Positions 43,380 through 52,406 of a stretch of 64,000 nucleotides of DNA are shown here, piece by piece. The stretch is taken from positions 6,270 to 70,269 of the IMG/VR virus record IMGVR_UViG_3300032214_000801. One strand, 5' to 3'. The position numbers and the translations under genes are program-made. The stretch is from a virus. The notes beneath the pieces are model-generated. The model was given only the letters and a program-made list of their open reading frames with translations, was not told the DNA's origin and searched no databases. Position 1 is the stretch's first letter. Every line of letters starts with the position of its first letter.

Positions 43380-43532
43380 TTAAAGTTCCTCCACTACAAA
43401 TTCATTTAGATCAATCTTTTCTCCTTCATAAAACTTCTCAGAGAAGTCTTGAAGAACCTCAGTACATTCTTCTGCACTGAGGTGTTTATAAATTCTACGT
43501 CCCTTATATAAGATATCGTAGTACTTACTCAT
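43380..43532 (-). CDS. Small hypothetical protein
   Basis: Manual ORF MSKYYDILYKGRRIYKHLSAEECTEVLQDFSEKFYEGEKIDLNEFVVEEL, tightly packed between neighbours. Confidence 0.7.
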   Translation of the reverse strand: MSKYYDILYKGRRIYKHLSAEECTEVLQDFSEKFYEGEKIDLNEFVVEEL

Positions 43533-43533
43533 A

Positions 43534-44304
43534 TCAGATAATACGAGTCTTTTCGTGTCCTACGCGAATCCGAGGATCACACCAGATCTCAAATCCTTTC
43601 TCAATGGCATCAAGACAGAATGAAACGTCTTCACCACACATATCTTGTACTGCACCAGATTCAAAGACTTGCATCTTTGGAGCGAACCAAGGATATTCGA
43701 GATTCTCAAAGACACCCTTCTTAATCAGAACCCAACCAAAACCAGTGTAATCAACCGTGAAAGGCTTACGGCGCTTATCCATGGTTTCTAGAGTTTCATG
43801 ATTCATGACTCCACCATTCTTGCGGAAGTCATCTTCCTCTAGCCAATGAGCGACAGAGGTTGTGTGTCCATCTTCCGTGCAATACCAACCAGCAGTGATC
43901 TCACGCTCTGTACCATCTTCGGAAAGTGCAAGATCACACAGTTGCCAGAACTTGGATGTATCAAAGACAATATCGCTGTCAATCCATAGTTGATAATCGT
44001 AATTCAGTTTACCATCCCAGGGAATCTGTTTAGGTCCACGTAGTACGTTTGCCCCCAGACATTTGCATCGGGCAAAGTTTACCATGGAGGAATAGTCTTG
44101 AGAAATCTGAATTGCCATTCCGTTCTGAACAAGATCAAAACAGAGTTGTACGAAATTCTTCAGGAAAATGAAAGAACAACCACGTCCAGGTAGACAGAAT
44201 ACAATTGTCTTACCTTTCATTCTCTCACGAATACTATCGTAATTCCAATCTTCAGTTGGCGCTTTTTTAGGCGCCACAGTTTTTACAGTAAATCCTTTTG
44301 CCAT
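43534..44304 (-). CDS. GT-A fold glycosyltransferase-like protein
   Basis: WIDSDI (DxD), TGFGWVLIKKGVFE, GEDVSFC and VGHEK motifs. Confidence 0.75.
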   Translation of the reverse strand: MAKGFTVKTVAPKKAPTEDWNYDSIRERMKGKTIVFCLPGRGCSFIFLKNFVQLCFDLVQNGMAIQISQDYSSMVNFARCKCLGANVLRGPKQIPWDGKLNYDYQLWIDSDIVFDTSKFWQLCDLALSEDGTEREITAGWYCTEDGHTTSVAHWLEEDDFRKNGGVMNHETLETMDKRRKPFTVDYTGFGWVLIKKGVFENLEYPWFAPKMQVFESGAVQDMCGEDVSFCLDAIEKGFEIWCDPRIRVGHEKTRII

Positions 44305-44328
44305 AAGTTGAATAACTCTTCAATGTCA

Positions 44329-44357
44329 ATTTTAGCGTTTTATTTAGTGCAAGTCAA
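44329..44357 (-). promoter_or_regulatory. sigma70-type promoter overlapping a late promoter
   Basis: TTGACT-17bp-TAAAAT, with CTAAATA inside the spacer. Confidence 0.65.
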
Positions 44358-44365
44358 GTCAATGG

Positions 44366-44596
44366 TTAGTGTGATGAATCTCTGATTGTTTGCTTAGATG
44401 TTACTAATTCCTCAAAGGATAAGTCCTCTACTTTATAATCAGTCTTCATTAACCCTACCATATTCTTCAAAGTACTCCAAGTCGCTTGGAATTCCTCCTC
44501 TTTAATCGAATGAAATAAACATCGATCCTTTGCATATATGTGATATATTTTTTCCATGGGGGAATAAAAAACTTCCGGAAATTTTTTCAGTAACAT
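44366..44596 (-). CDS. Hypothetical protein (likely starts at internal MEKIYH)
   Basis: ORF track; same strand as neighbours. Confidence 0.65.
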   Translation of the reverse strand: MLLKKFPEVFYSPMEKIYHIYAKDRCLFHSIKEEEFQATWSTLKNMVGLMKTDYKVEDLSFEELVTSKQTIRDSSH

Positions 44597-44949
44597 TTCA
44601 TTTTGTTACTTCCTTATATATCACAACTTATTTTTTTCTTTTTTTCAGATACTCCTTTTTTTGTGCCTCCTAGTACCTCCGGAAAAATTTTATGAGATTG
44701 ATATAGAGATCGCGTTTTGTCACCTCTGTAGGTTAGGGACTTATCGATTTTTATAAACGCAACGCCCGCTTATAACAATAACGCCCCAATCGCAAACACT
44801 GCCTATTTACTATACTTAACGAATACGATTACAAGGTATAAAGAATAACTGTCAAATCACTGTGTAATACTAATAAACAACACATTTAGTTTATGAAATA
44901 CTTAAGGACGGGGAGAAAGAATAACTCACTCCCCGCACAGTAAGCTACA

Positions 44950-45117
44950 TCAGAACGCGACTTCTTCCAGAGTAGGCATGTTCATAGCGACTGCATGTTG
45001 CACAAAGTCGTTGATGTTTTCCTGCTCAATGTCACTCACGATTGCATCCAGGAGGGACAGAAGTTCGGTGCCAGTGTTACCTTGAGCAAGCAGAGCGAGA
45101 GCAACAGCGTTAGACAT
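44950..45117 (-). CDS. Small early protein
   Basis: Manual ORF MSNAVALALLAQGNTGTELLSLLDAIVSDIEQENINDFVQHAVAMNMPTLEEVAF, followed by a CGGGGAG/CTCCCCG hairpin near 44909-44935. Confidence 0.65.
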   Translation of the reverse strand: MSNAVALALLAQGNTGTELLSLLDAIVSDIEQENINDFVQHAVAMNMPTLEEVAF

Positions 45118-45185
45118 AATCACGAAGAAAGAGTAAAGAACTGTGAGGTGTGAGTAGTTTAGAGTCTTACTCAGGACTGTTTGTG

Positions 45186-45503
45186 TCAGTTAAGGCGCAT
45201 TCCAGAGAAGAAAGGAATCGTGCCGAATTGATTAGAACTAAAGAACCACTGTCCTGCTTTCTGAAACACACGCTCACCATCAATTCCGTGAGCGAAAAGA
45301 ATAGCGTTCAGGCGCGACTTTGTGGTGTTTGTTTGATGCTTACCGTCGAACAGTTGTACAAAGTCCTCACCGATAGTTGCGATCTGATTACCATGCAGAA
45401 ACACACGGGAGATCTTACCTTCGGAGACAACTTCAGTGTTGCCACTCTTCCAATTGAGAGCTTCGTTGATAGCTTCGTTCATCAGGGATTCGATCTTGCG
45501 CAT
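45186..45503 (-). CDS. Early hypothetical protein
   Basis: 105 aa; first gene downstream of the palindromic promoter copy at 45573; VFLHGNQIA...TNTTKSRLNAIL. Confidence 0.8.
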   Translation of the reverse strand: MRKIESLMNEAINEALNWKSGNTEVVSEGKISRVFLHGNQIATIGEDFVQLFDGKHQTNTTKSRLNAILFAHGIDGERVFQKAGQWFFSSNQFGTIPFFSGMRLN

Positions 45504-45642
45504 GGTTCGGATCGCGGTGGTGTTCCTTTGACTCTCTTAATATACACGATTCAGATCCCTGTGCTCATTTACTGTGCCACTTATACTTGTGGCACATGGT
45601 ATCAACAATCAGCGCAACTCACAGCACGTTCGTTATACTAAC

Positions 45643-45816
45643 TCACCATCTATCAGGTGTACTTAGATCCTCAACATATGCTGTCACCTTCTCTGCAGGT
45701 TCTAGCTGAAAGACTTTCTCCCAATCTAAGTTGTGAGGATCGAAGTCTCCCAAAACATCAAGTTCCAGAGTGATCCTATACTTTTGACGCATTGCCTGAT
45801 GATACGCAACTGACAT
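45643..45816 (-). CDS. Small hypothetical protein
   Basis: Manual ORF MSVAYHQAMRQKYRITLELDVLGDFDPHNLDWEKVFQLEPAEKVTAYVEDLSTPDRW; GGAG RBS and sigma70 promoter upstream. Confidence 0.75.
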   Translation of the reverse strand: MSVAYHQAMRQKYRITLELDVLGDFDPHNLDWEKVFQLEPAEKVTAYVEDLSTPDRW

Positions 45817-45843
45817 AAGTTTGCTCCGTTGTGTTGTGTGGAT

Positions 45844-45872
45844 ACTCTAGGATACTGTGGTGTGAATGTCAA
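45844..45872 (-). promoter_or_regulatory. sigma70-type promoter (leftward)
   Basis: TTGACA-17bp-TAGAGT on the minus strand. Confidence 0.75.
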
Positions 45873-45945
45873 GTTCTTGGTGGGTATTTATGCGGGGTTG
45901 GGGTGGTTTTTTGCGGGATCTGTGAGGATTTTGTGACTCTGGGGG

Positions 45946-45974
45946 TTGACAATTTGCGTTCCTTAGTGTATGCT
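45946..45974 (+). promoter_or_regulatory. sigma70-type promoter (rightward, opposite to all genes)
   Basis: TTGACA-17bp-TATGCT on the plus strand, pointing into the tandem repeats. Confidence 0.75.
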
Positions 45975-45986
45975 CGCTAAGATAAC

Positions 45987-46106
45987 AAGACTCTGGTGCA
46001 TTTAAAAGACTCTGGTGCATTTAAAAGACTCTGGCACATTTAAAAGACTCTCGAAGGTTTATAAGGTATTAAACACATTTAAAAGACTCTGGTACATTTA
46101 AAAGAC
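45987..46106. repeat. 19-bp tandem iteron-like repeats (AAGACTCTGGYRCATTTAA)
   Basis: Core CATTTAAAAGAC at 45999, 46018, 46037, 46076 and 46095 (spacing 19, 19, 39, 19). Confidence 0.92.
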
Positions 46107-46225
46107 ATTAAACACCTTATTGAGAATAACAATCAATAAGAGAAACAAATCACTAATATATGTTTTTAATTACATTTATTAATCGATTTAATATCATTTT
46201 ATCGTTATATTGTATTAAAAACAAT

Positions 46226-46253
46226 AAAAAAGAGAGGTTTTATCCTCTCTCTT
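46226..46253 (-). terminator. Rho-independent terminator
   Basis: AGAGAGG-TTTTAT-CCTCTCT hairpin with a U-tract on the minus strand; ends the 46.3-47.1 kb unit. Confidence 0.75.
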
Positions 46254-46261
46254 AGTATTCA

Positions 46262-46730
46262 TCAGAACGTTGGAACTTTCACATCATCTGAATACTTATC
46301 AGCATATAATCCTGCTAATTGTACTGATGACATTGGCACTGGTGTTTCATTATACTTGTATAAACGGTGATTGTCATAAGTGAACCATTCATACTCTTTT
46401 GATTGTAGATTTGATGCAATGCAGTATGTTGTCATTGTTGTTCAGAGTGAAGAATGTCTAGCATATGTTGGTAATACTGATCTGCTTCAACCTCACACTG
46501 ATGAGATTCATTAGGATCTTCTACCACATATTGTTTCATCTCCAGAGAGTTAATTACATCCTTGAGAAGATCAGTCAACTCTTCAATCTTCATTGCATCA
46601 GTCATGCAAGTTCAGCAGGTGATCCACAAGAACGATAGAATTCTACCATTCGTTTTGCTTCATCTAATGTAGAGAATGTTTGTGTTCTCCACTGTTGTTG
46701 GTAAGGAGTGAAGTAGCGAATGGTGAACAT
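46262..46730 (-). CDS. Three coupled small ORFs (46602-46730, 46432-46605, 46262-46435)
   Basis: Manual translations MFTIRYFTPYQQQW..., MTDAMKIEELTDLL... and MTTYCIASNLQSK...; joined by ATGA start/stop overlaps. Confidence 0.7.
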
Positions 46731-46765
46731 TGTTTTTTGTTTGGTGAGTTTAATGAATTGTGAAA

Positions 46766-47053
46766 TCAGACAGTTTCAATATCACCGTGCTTCAGGGCAC
46801 GATTAAACTCATATCCCCAAGATGTTGCATTGCGAGCTTCATCATCATTCAGAAGATCATTCCAGCGCATAGCAGCACCATCATCCTCAAAACTATAACG
46901 ATAAACCTTCTCGGGATTGTTGTTAAAAATTACCAGCAAATCACTGGTGTTCTCATTGTTTGTCACCACAGCAAGTTTAGCAATTGCGCTGGACTTTACA
47001 CGATAACCAAGAGAAGAAGTGGGAGAAGTGAAAGGGTGAAGAGTTGCAGTCAT
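46766..47053 (-). CDS. KTSC-domain-like protein
   Basis: VKSSAI...LLVIF...VYRY...SWGYEFNRALK matches the KTSC pattern. Confidence 0.6.
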   Translation of the reverse strand: MTATLHPFTSPTSSLGYRVKSSAIAKLAVVTNNENTSDLLVIFNNNPEKVYRYSFEDDGAAMRWNDLLNDDEARNATSWGYEFNRALKHGDIETV

Positions 47054-47111
47054 TTGTTTGGTGTCGTTTCTTGACTCTTTAAGAATACAGGTTTTTGAAT
47101 GCTTTGGAGAT

Positions 47112-48117
47112 TTAGTGTGCCACTTGTACTTGTGTCACATATTGTTGTTCACGGCGCTTTAATTCTTTGATAAGAAGATCAAGATACTCATCACCTTCTT
47201 TGTTGTTAAGCAATGCTGCATCTGCAATCTCAAATGAAATATCAGATCCAGAAAGTTTGGTGAGTTCTTGTTCTGAATAGAATCCGTAATCAGTCATTTT
47301 AGTAAGCAATTTGTTGAAGTTTAGCAAGAAGTTCGGACGTGAACTTTTCTACAATTGGTTCCTCCATATCATCTCCACGATATAATTCATCCTCATATTG
47401 ATAAACAAGTTCTTCATCAATTGTCATCAGATTCTCAAGCAATTGTTCAATGCTCCGAATCAATTGTGTTTGTTCCATATCAACCACCACCATACACATG
47501 ATCAACCAAACCAGCAGGATGATTCACACCTTCGATAACAGTGAACTTTGCATACTTATCAAACTCTTCAGCATAATACTCGCAGAACTGTGCGATAAAG
47601 AACTCACGGCACTGTTCTTTAGATTCAGCAGCAATCACAACCATGCCACTGGTATAATCAGTCAGAACGTTGTTGATGATGTAGAGATTCACAGTTCGAT
47701 GCTCCAATCAGAATCAGAATTGAGATTAACCCAGAAAAAGTTCTTTCCGTTCAGTGATCGTAGAAAGACACAATCACCTTTGCTCTGTTCAATAATGCAC
47801 TCAGATTCTGATTCCATTAGGTTACAGAATCTGTTCTTTGCTTTCTTAGACTTTGGAGAAACAAAAGCAGTGTTCATGACTCAAAAGTGTGCTTCGGAGT
47901 AATCAAGTTGATCAGTGTACTTTGCGATAGCATCGTAACACTTTGCTTTCATTTGATCATCGTTGGTTTTAATGTAACCAGCGAGAAACTCAAAAGAATA
48001 CTTAATGCGCTGCTCAGGAGTGATCTTGGCGAGTTGCTGTTGCTTACGCTCTTGGTAGGAGTTGTAAGCAAACATTTCACGATCTTCCACGCTCATGTTG
48101 TGAAATTGGCGTTGCAT
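47112..48117 (-). CDS. Early unit of five small hypothetical ORFs (47881-48117, 47689-47877, 47480-47707, 47299-47478, 47112-47297)
   Basis: Tightly packed ORFs downstream of the promoter copy at 48178; starts trimmed to ATGs downstream of the -10 box. Confidence 0.7.
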
Positions 48118-48206
48118 GTGCTTGGGATCTCTTGAACTTCTTAAGAATACACGATCTGGAGTGCTGTGCTCTTTTAGTGTGCCACTTCTACATCTGTCAC
48201 ATCGTA

Positions 48207-49165
48207 TCATTCTTCCAACAACTCTGGATTATATTCTTTCACCTCTTCAATCAGTTCCTCATCAGTGTATGGCATAAGATTGTCTTTCAAAGTGTCATAA
48301 ACGAAACACTCCATTGTCTTCATATCCATCCCATCTAGGATTTGCTGAGCATAATCAGCGATGAGTTGTTCGCGGTTGAATGTCATTTTGCTTGTGGGAT
48401 TAGGAAGGGAAATCATTTCTTGAGAAAGTTTTTGAAGAAATCAAGTATCAGAATCACACCAAAGACTTGCAGATAGGTGACACTCAAACCAATCAGAAAG
48501 TGCAGAATTGCATACAGCACGCCTGCAACGATTGCAGTTGCAATCAGACTACCAATCAGTTTGCCAAATGCTTCACCAATCAAACCTGCTACTTCCACAA
48601 TTTGTTTTTGTTTTTCGGGAGAGATTGTCATTGATTTCATTTGCAGTAGTTGGTGTTAATTTGGCAGAAACTGTCTGCTTGCTGTTCTTGATACTCATTC
48701 ACGGTTGCATATGCTGCATTACCGATGCGAAGTCCAAGAGCAAGAGTAACAATCAAGAATGCAATTCGCATCAGACTTCATCCCTCATTTCAGTGAGTTT
48801 TTCAAGAATTGCATAGAGATCTTCACCAATGGTTGCTGTCATTGCACAGATGTCACACATCTCAAGAACTGCCATAAGTGCATCGAGTTCTTCAAATGTA
48901 AGAGTAGTTTTAGTCATCAAACTGCACCTTGCATAATGTTGTACTCTTGCACCAGATCAATGTTATCACCCGTGATCAGGTAATCCATTGCGAGACGCTC
49001 ATCAATTTCACGCTGTGCATCTTTCTTAGAAAGACATTTGCGGGAGATTGTATCAACACCCTTCCAAGATAGAACCTTGAGAGTGTAATCAGAACAATCC
49101 TCAATAGGATAGAAACCTACCAGCATTGTACCGTCTTTGGACTGGAGAGTAGGAAACTCGATCAT
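48207..49165 (-). CDS. Early unit of five small ORFs (48917-49165, 48771-48917, 48637-48771, 48413-48640 membrane, 48207-48416)
   Basis: Overlapping start/stop codons downstream of the promoter copy at 49225; 48413-48640 has two hydrophobic segments. Confidence 0.7.
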
Positions 49166-49265
49166 TGGGGGAAATCCCTTGAACTTCTTTAGAATACACG
49201 ATTTTGGAGCAGGAAACCAGAGAGTGTGCCAGAGATCCAACTGGCACACACCTTCTTAGTTTATA

Positions 49266-49718
49266 TCAAGCAGCATACAAGTATCCACCTGCCCAATCAC
49301 AATTCTCAAAAACATATTCACGATCTTTGATCAATCGCAGATCATAACGTACACCCTTTGCAGGAGACTTCCAGGATGCAGATTTATACATTTCACCAGT
49401 CTGCTTGTCAATGAAGCAGTGAACAGAACGCGAAGAACCACCATCAATCATCACAACTTTGTGATATTTTTTGCCAGTTTCAATCACATAATCAATGTCA
49501 CACTTGCCAGATTTGAGTTCATCAATCTTCATAGCGTGATATGTTGCAGAAGAATCACTATCAGCAAGTGTAAATGAACGCTGATGCCCACGAATAGAAT
49601 ACTGGACAAAATTGTGCTTCAGTGCTTCAATCAGCATCTGAGTGTACTTTGCAACATTATCAGCGATTTGCTGTTTTGCTTGTTGCTGAGCAGGAAAATC
49701 AACGAAAGCAGTAGTCAT
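49266..49718 (-). CDS. Phage early hypothetical protein
   Basis: 150 aa; SVHCFIDK..G.MYKSASWKSPAKGVRY; own promoter copy at 49778. Confidence 0.8.
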   Translation of the reverse strand: MTTAFVDFPAQQQAKQQIADNVAKYTQMLIEALKHNFVQYSIRGHQRSFTLADSDSSATYHAMKIDELKSGKCDIDYVIETGKKYHKVVMIDGGSSRSVHCFIDKQTGEMYKSASWKSPAKGVRYDLRLIKDREYVFENCDWAGGYLYAA

Positions 49719-49816
49719 TTGCGTGAATTGCTTTGACTTTTTAAGAATACATCATTTTGAGCACCGTGCTCATTTACTGTGACAGTTCTACAGGTGGCAC
49801 ATGATGTAAAGCAAAA

Positions 49817-50122
49817 TTAGGATTTACGAGTTCCAAAGTACCACAGAATACCAATTATGATTGCAGCAGGTATGACATAATACCACCAAGTTACAACTGC
49901 AGCAAACAAAATCACAATACCAACTAAAAGTGCGCTTCCATCTGAACTTTCACTGCTGGATGAGTTGCTGCTTCCACGAACCTCGCGCAAGTTGCTAATT
50001 TGCTCTGCACCGTAGATTCTTTTTAGTTGTTCTTTTGCACCGTTCAGTGTATTTGATTGTACTTCAAGATCTTGATAACCACTTGAAGATCCCAACCAAC
50101 ACTTTGCCCGCCAAGTTGCCAT
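49817..50122 (-). CDS. Membrane protein
   Basis: Soluble N-terminal domain, Ser linker, C-terminal hydrophobic hairpin. Confidence 0.75.
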   Translation of the reverse strand: MATWRAKCWLGSSSGYQDLEVQSNTLNGAKEQLKRIYGAEQISNLREVRGSSNSSSSESSDGSALLVGIVILFAAVVTWWYYVIPAAIIIGILWYFGTRKS

Positions 50123-50156
50123 GATGTTTAATTACAGTTGCATGTGGTAGTGTAGA

Positions 50157-50590
50157 TCACCAAGTTCCACGCTGAACGTGAATCTTACGAATCTCAGTGT
50201 AAAGAAACTGTTTCAATTTCTTGTCTTCAGTGTTATCAAAAGCGTAATGAAGTCGTGCCAGATACTCATCAGGTGTGGCACATTTGATAGTTTCTTTGTT
50301 ACTCATTCCAATCTCATTAAGTGTAGAACCTGCAGAAACCTTATTCCTGCCGAAATTACCAGAAACCCTACCTTCTGTGCGAAGTTTAGGTTTAATCTTG
50401 GAGAGGTTAGATGCACTGAATTCATACTTCATTTGATATTCAGATAAGGTTGATTGTAAATCATGTGATCAAGAATTATGCCAATCTTCAGGCGATAAGT
50501 CTCATCATAGTTCTTGGAACATTCTTCATATGCCTCGTAGAGTTTAGTATAAAGAGTGTCCCAGTGTTGTTGACTGATAGTGTTAGTCAT
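50157..50590 (-). CDS. Two small hypothetical ORFs (50429-50590, 50157-50432)
   Basis: ATGA-coupled; downstream of the promoter copy at 50650. Confidence 0.7.
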
Positions 50591-50668
50591 GCGTGGTTTG
50601 ACTCAACAAAGACAGTATAAGGGTGCTGTGGGCGATTCTGGAGCGTCTGGTGGACACCTAGAGAAGTG

Positions 50669-50905
50669 TCACCACAAGTCAGATTCAATCACTTGAGAGA
50701 ACACAACTCCAATACTCTTGCAGAATTGTTCTGCAATCTCTTCAAGTGTAACACTACGATCATCTTCCAATTCATCACCATCCACGCAAAACTCTACCAT
50801 TTCAAAACCATTGGGAATCCAAGAAGTAGAATCAGTGGGGAGAAAGAACTCTACACCAACTTCAACGAAAGTAGGATTAGTGGTGGACTGAATGAAGGAA
50901 GTCAT
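50669..50905 (-). CDS. Acidic early protein
   Basis: 78 aa; lies between promoter copies at 50966 and 50650. Confidence 0.7.
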   Translation of the reverse strand: MTSFIQSTTNPTFVEVGVEFFLPTDSTSWIPNGFEMVEFCVDGDELEDDRSVTLEEIAEQFCKSIGVVFSQVIESDLW

Positions 50906-50977
50906 TTGGTGTTGTTTGTCTCAACAGAACTACAATACACCAATCAGAGCGCGGTGCTCATACCTTGTGACAGTTAA

Positions 50978-51448
50978 TCAAATGTCACTGTTGCTATTAT
51001 GAGCAAGTTTATTTGCTCTTTTCTGCTGTGCGCGATAATGTGTTGTCATAGCATCAGATCTTGCTTGTGCAGTATCACGATCTGCAACTGTTTTTGCAGT
51101 TTTGCGAATCTTATTTGCTCTTTGTCTATCTTTAGCACTTTGAGACTGACTTAAACGATCTGCCTTGTTAAGTGATTTTTCTTCGCCAGTTTTTCCTGAA
51201 TACTTAAAATTACCAGCATCACGGGCAAATGGAACTTTTGCTTCAGCGATTGACATAAACTCTTCAAAAGTTCTCTGTCTTGGATTGTAGTATGGATTCA
51301 CATCCGATTTGTATTGTGCGCCACCAACATTCTTGCCAAGGTGCTTCTCTTGTCTTCTCTTCTTCTCAAGTTCATACTGTTTCTTTGCACTTCCTGGTTT
51401 AGGTACAGGTTTGCCAGTGATTCCAATTACAGTTTGATCTTTTGCCAT
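50978..51448 (-). CDS. Basic late-expressed protein, candidate internal head protein
   Basis: Late promoter at 51469-51475; internal RTFEEFMSIAE resembles the T4 capsid-targeting sequence. Confidence 0.65.
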   Translation of the reverse strand: MAKDQTVIGITGKPVPKPGSAKKQYELEKKRRQEKHLGKNVGGAQYKSDVNPYYNPRQRTFEEFMSIAEAKVPFARDAGNFKYSGKTGEEKSLNKADRLSQSQSAKDRQRANKIRKTAKTVADRDTAQARSDAMTTHYRAQQKRANKLAHNSNSDI

Positions 51449-51476
51449 TTTACAAACTCTTTTTTGAGTATTTATT

Positions 51477-51496
51477 AAAAAACCCCCTTGCGGGGG
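51477..51496 (-). terminator. Rho-independent terminator
   Basis: CCCCC-TTGC-GGGGG hairpin followed by a U-tract on the minus strand. Confidence 0.8.
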
Positions 51497-51503
51497 TGGA
51501 GAA

Positions 51504-52406
51504 TCACCAGGATTTGGTGAGATTGAAATTATTGTATGAGAACTCTTCCCTATTCACGATCTTATAACTTCCAAACTCATTGTGCATTACAAATCCTTCA
51601 TGATCTGCAATTTTTCCATCAATCTGACATGTAATATCAGTATCGGATTCAATATAGAAGAACATATCCATCTTGATAGACTCTACCAACTTCCACAATC
51701 GCATGAGGTTGATGTCAACATCACAATTTTCTGCAATTTCATGCTCGTCCACCTCCTTACCCTCGCGGATGTAAGAATTGATGACTTTTTTGAGTTCCTT
51801 TGCTTGTTTATCATTCACGAAGGTGCAAAGTGTACTCATTTGACGCGCAAACTTGCAGAAATCTACAATATCATCACGATGAGGACAGATCTCTGCTTCT
51901 GGTTGCACAAACTTACAATATTTTGTGCTTTGCAGTTTCTTCATCAATGGAGCAGCAACCATGTTGCGCAGATCATCATCACCATAGTAAAAAGTATGTG
52001 GTGCAATGATGATGTTTTGGCGAATCACCTCATCAAACTGGTAAGTGATCGTGTTGGGGCAATAAGTATCATCACCGCCAACACCGATAAAATCACCTTG
52101 AATGACACCATTGATGCGAGGTAGATTATCAAAGCAAGTATGCAGAATGTCTGCAACTTTACCTTCATGGTTTGCATCAATTTCTTCATGAGAATGATTG
52201 ATCTTAATTTTGATTTTGTTGAAGACAGATTTAGTGCCTACAAACCATTTTCCATTTGCAGGATTAGTACCCCAAACAATAGCAGGAGCACCATCAATTT
52301 TCACACTGACATTAGAATCTGCACAAAACCAATCAAGAACTGAAAGATCACCAGTCAGCACTAGATCTTCAGGATGGTTCAAGTGAAGGTTTTTAGTCAT
52401 TATCAA
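51504..52406 (-). CDS. ATP-dependent ligase/nucleotidyltransferase-like protein (DUF6267-like)
   Basis: Motif I SVKIDG, motif III-like IQGDF, motif IV HEGFV, motif V YKIV. Confidence 0.65.
   Translation of the reverse strand: MIMTKNLHLNHPEDLVLTGDLSVLDWFCADSNVSVKIDGAPAIVWGTNPANGKWFVGTKSVFNKIKIKINHSHEEIDANHEGKVADILHTCFDNLPRINGVIQGDFIGVGGDDTYCPNTITYQFDEVIRQNIIIAPHTFYYGDDDLRNMVAAPLMKKLQSTKYCKFVQPEAEICPHRDDIVDFCKFARQMSTLCTFVNDKQAKELKKVINSYIREGKEVDEHEIAENCDVDINLMRLWKLVESIKMDMFFYIESDTDITCQIDGKIADHEGFVMHNEFGSYKIVNREEFSYNNFNLTKSW

Noticed and set aside
45987-46106. Mini-CRISPR array
   Set aside because: The constant part is only 12 bp and the 7-bp intervening segments are near-identical; the 19-bp period is far too short and no cas genes are present.
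46160-46255. 31-codon plus-strand ORF behind the rightward promoter
   Set aside because: No RBS, extreme AT content, and it runs across the terminator hairpin; likely spurious.
44600-46260. tRNA genes in the non-coding stretches
   Set aside because: No cloverleaf with T-loop and acceptor stem found by eye; tRNAscan would be needed to exclude them fully.
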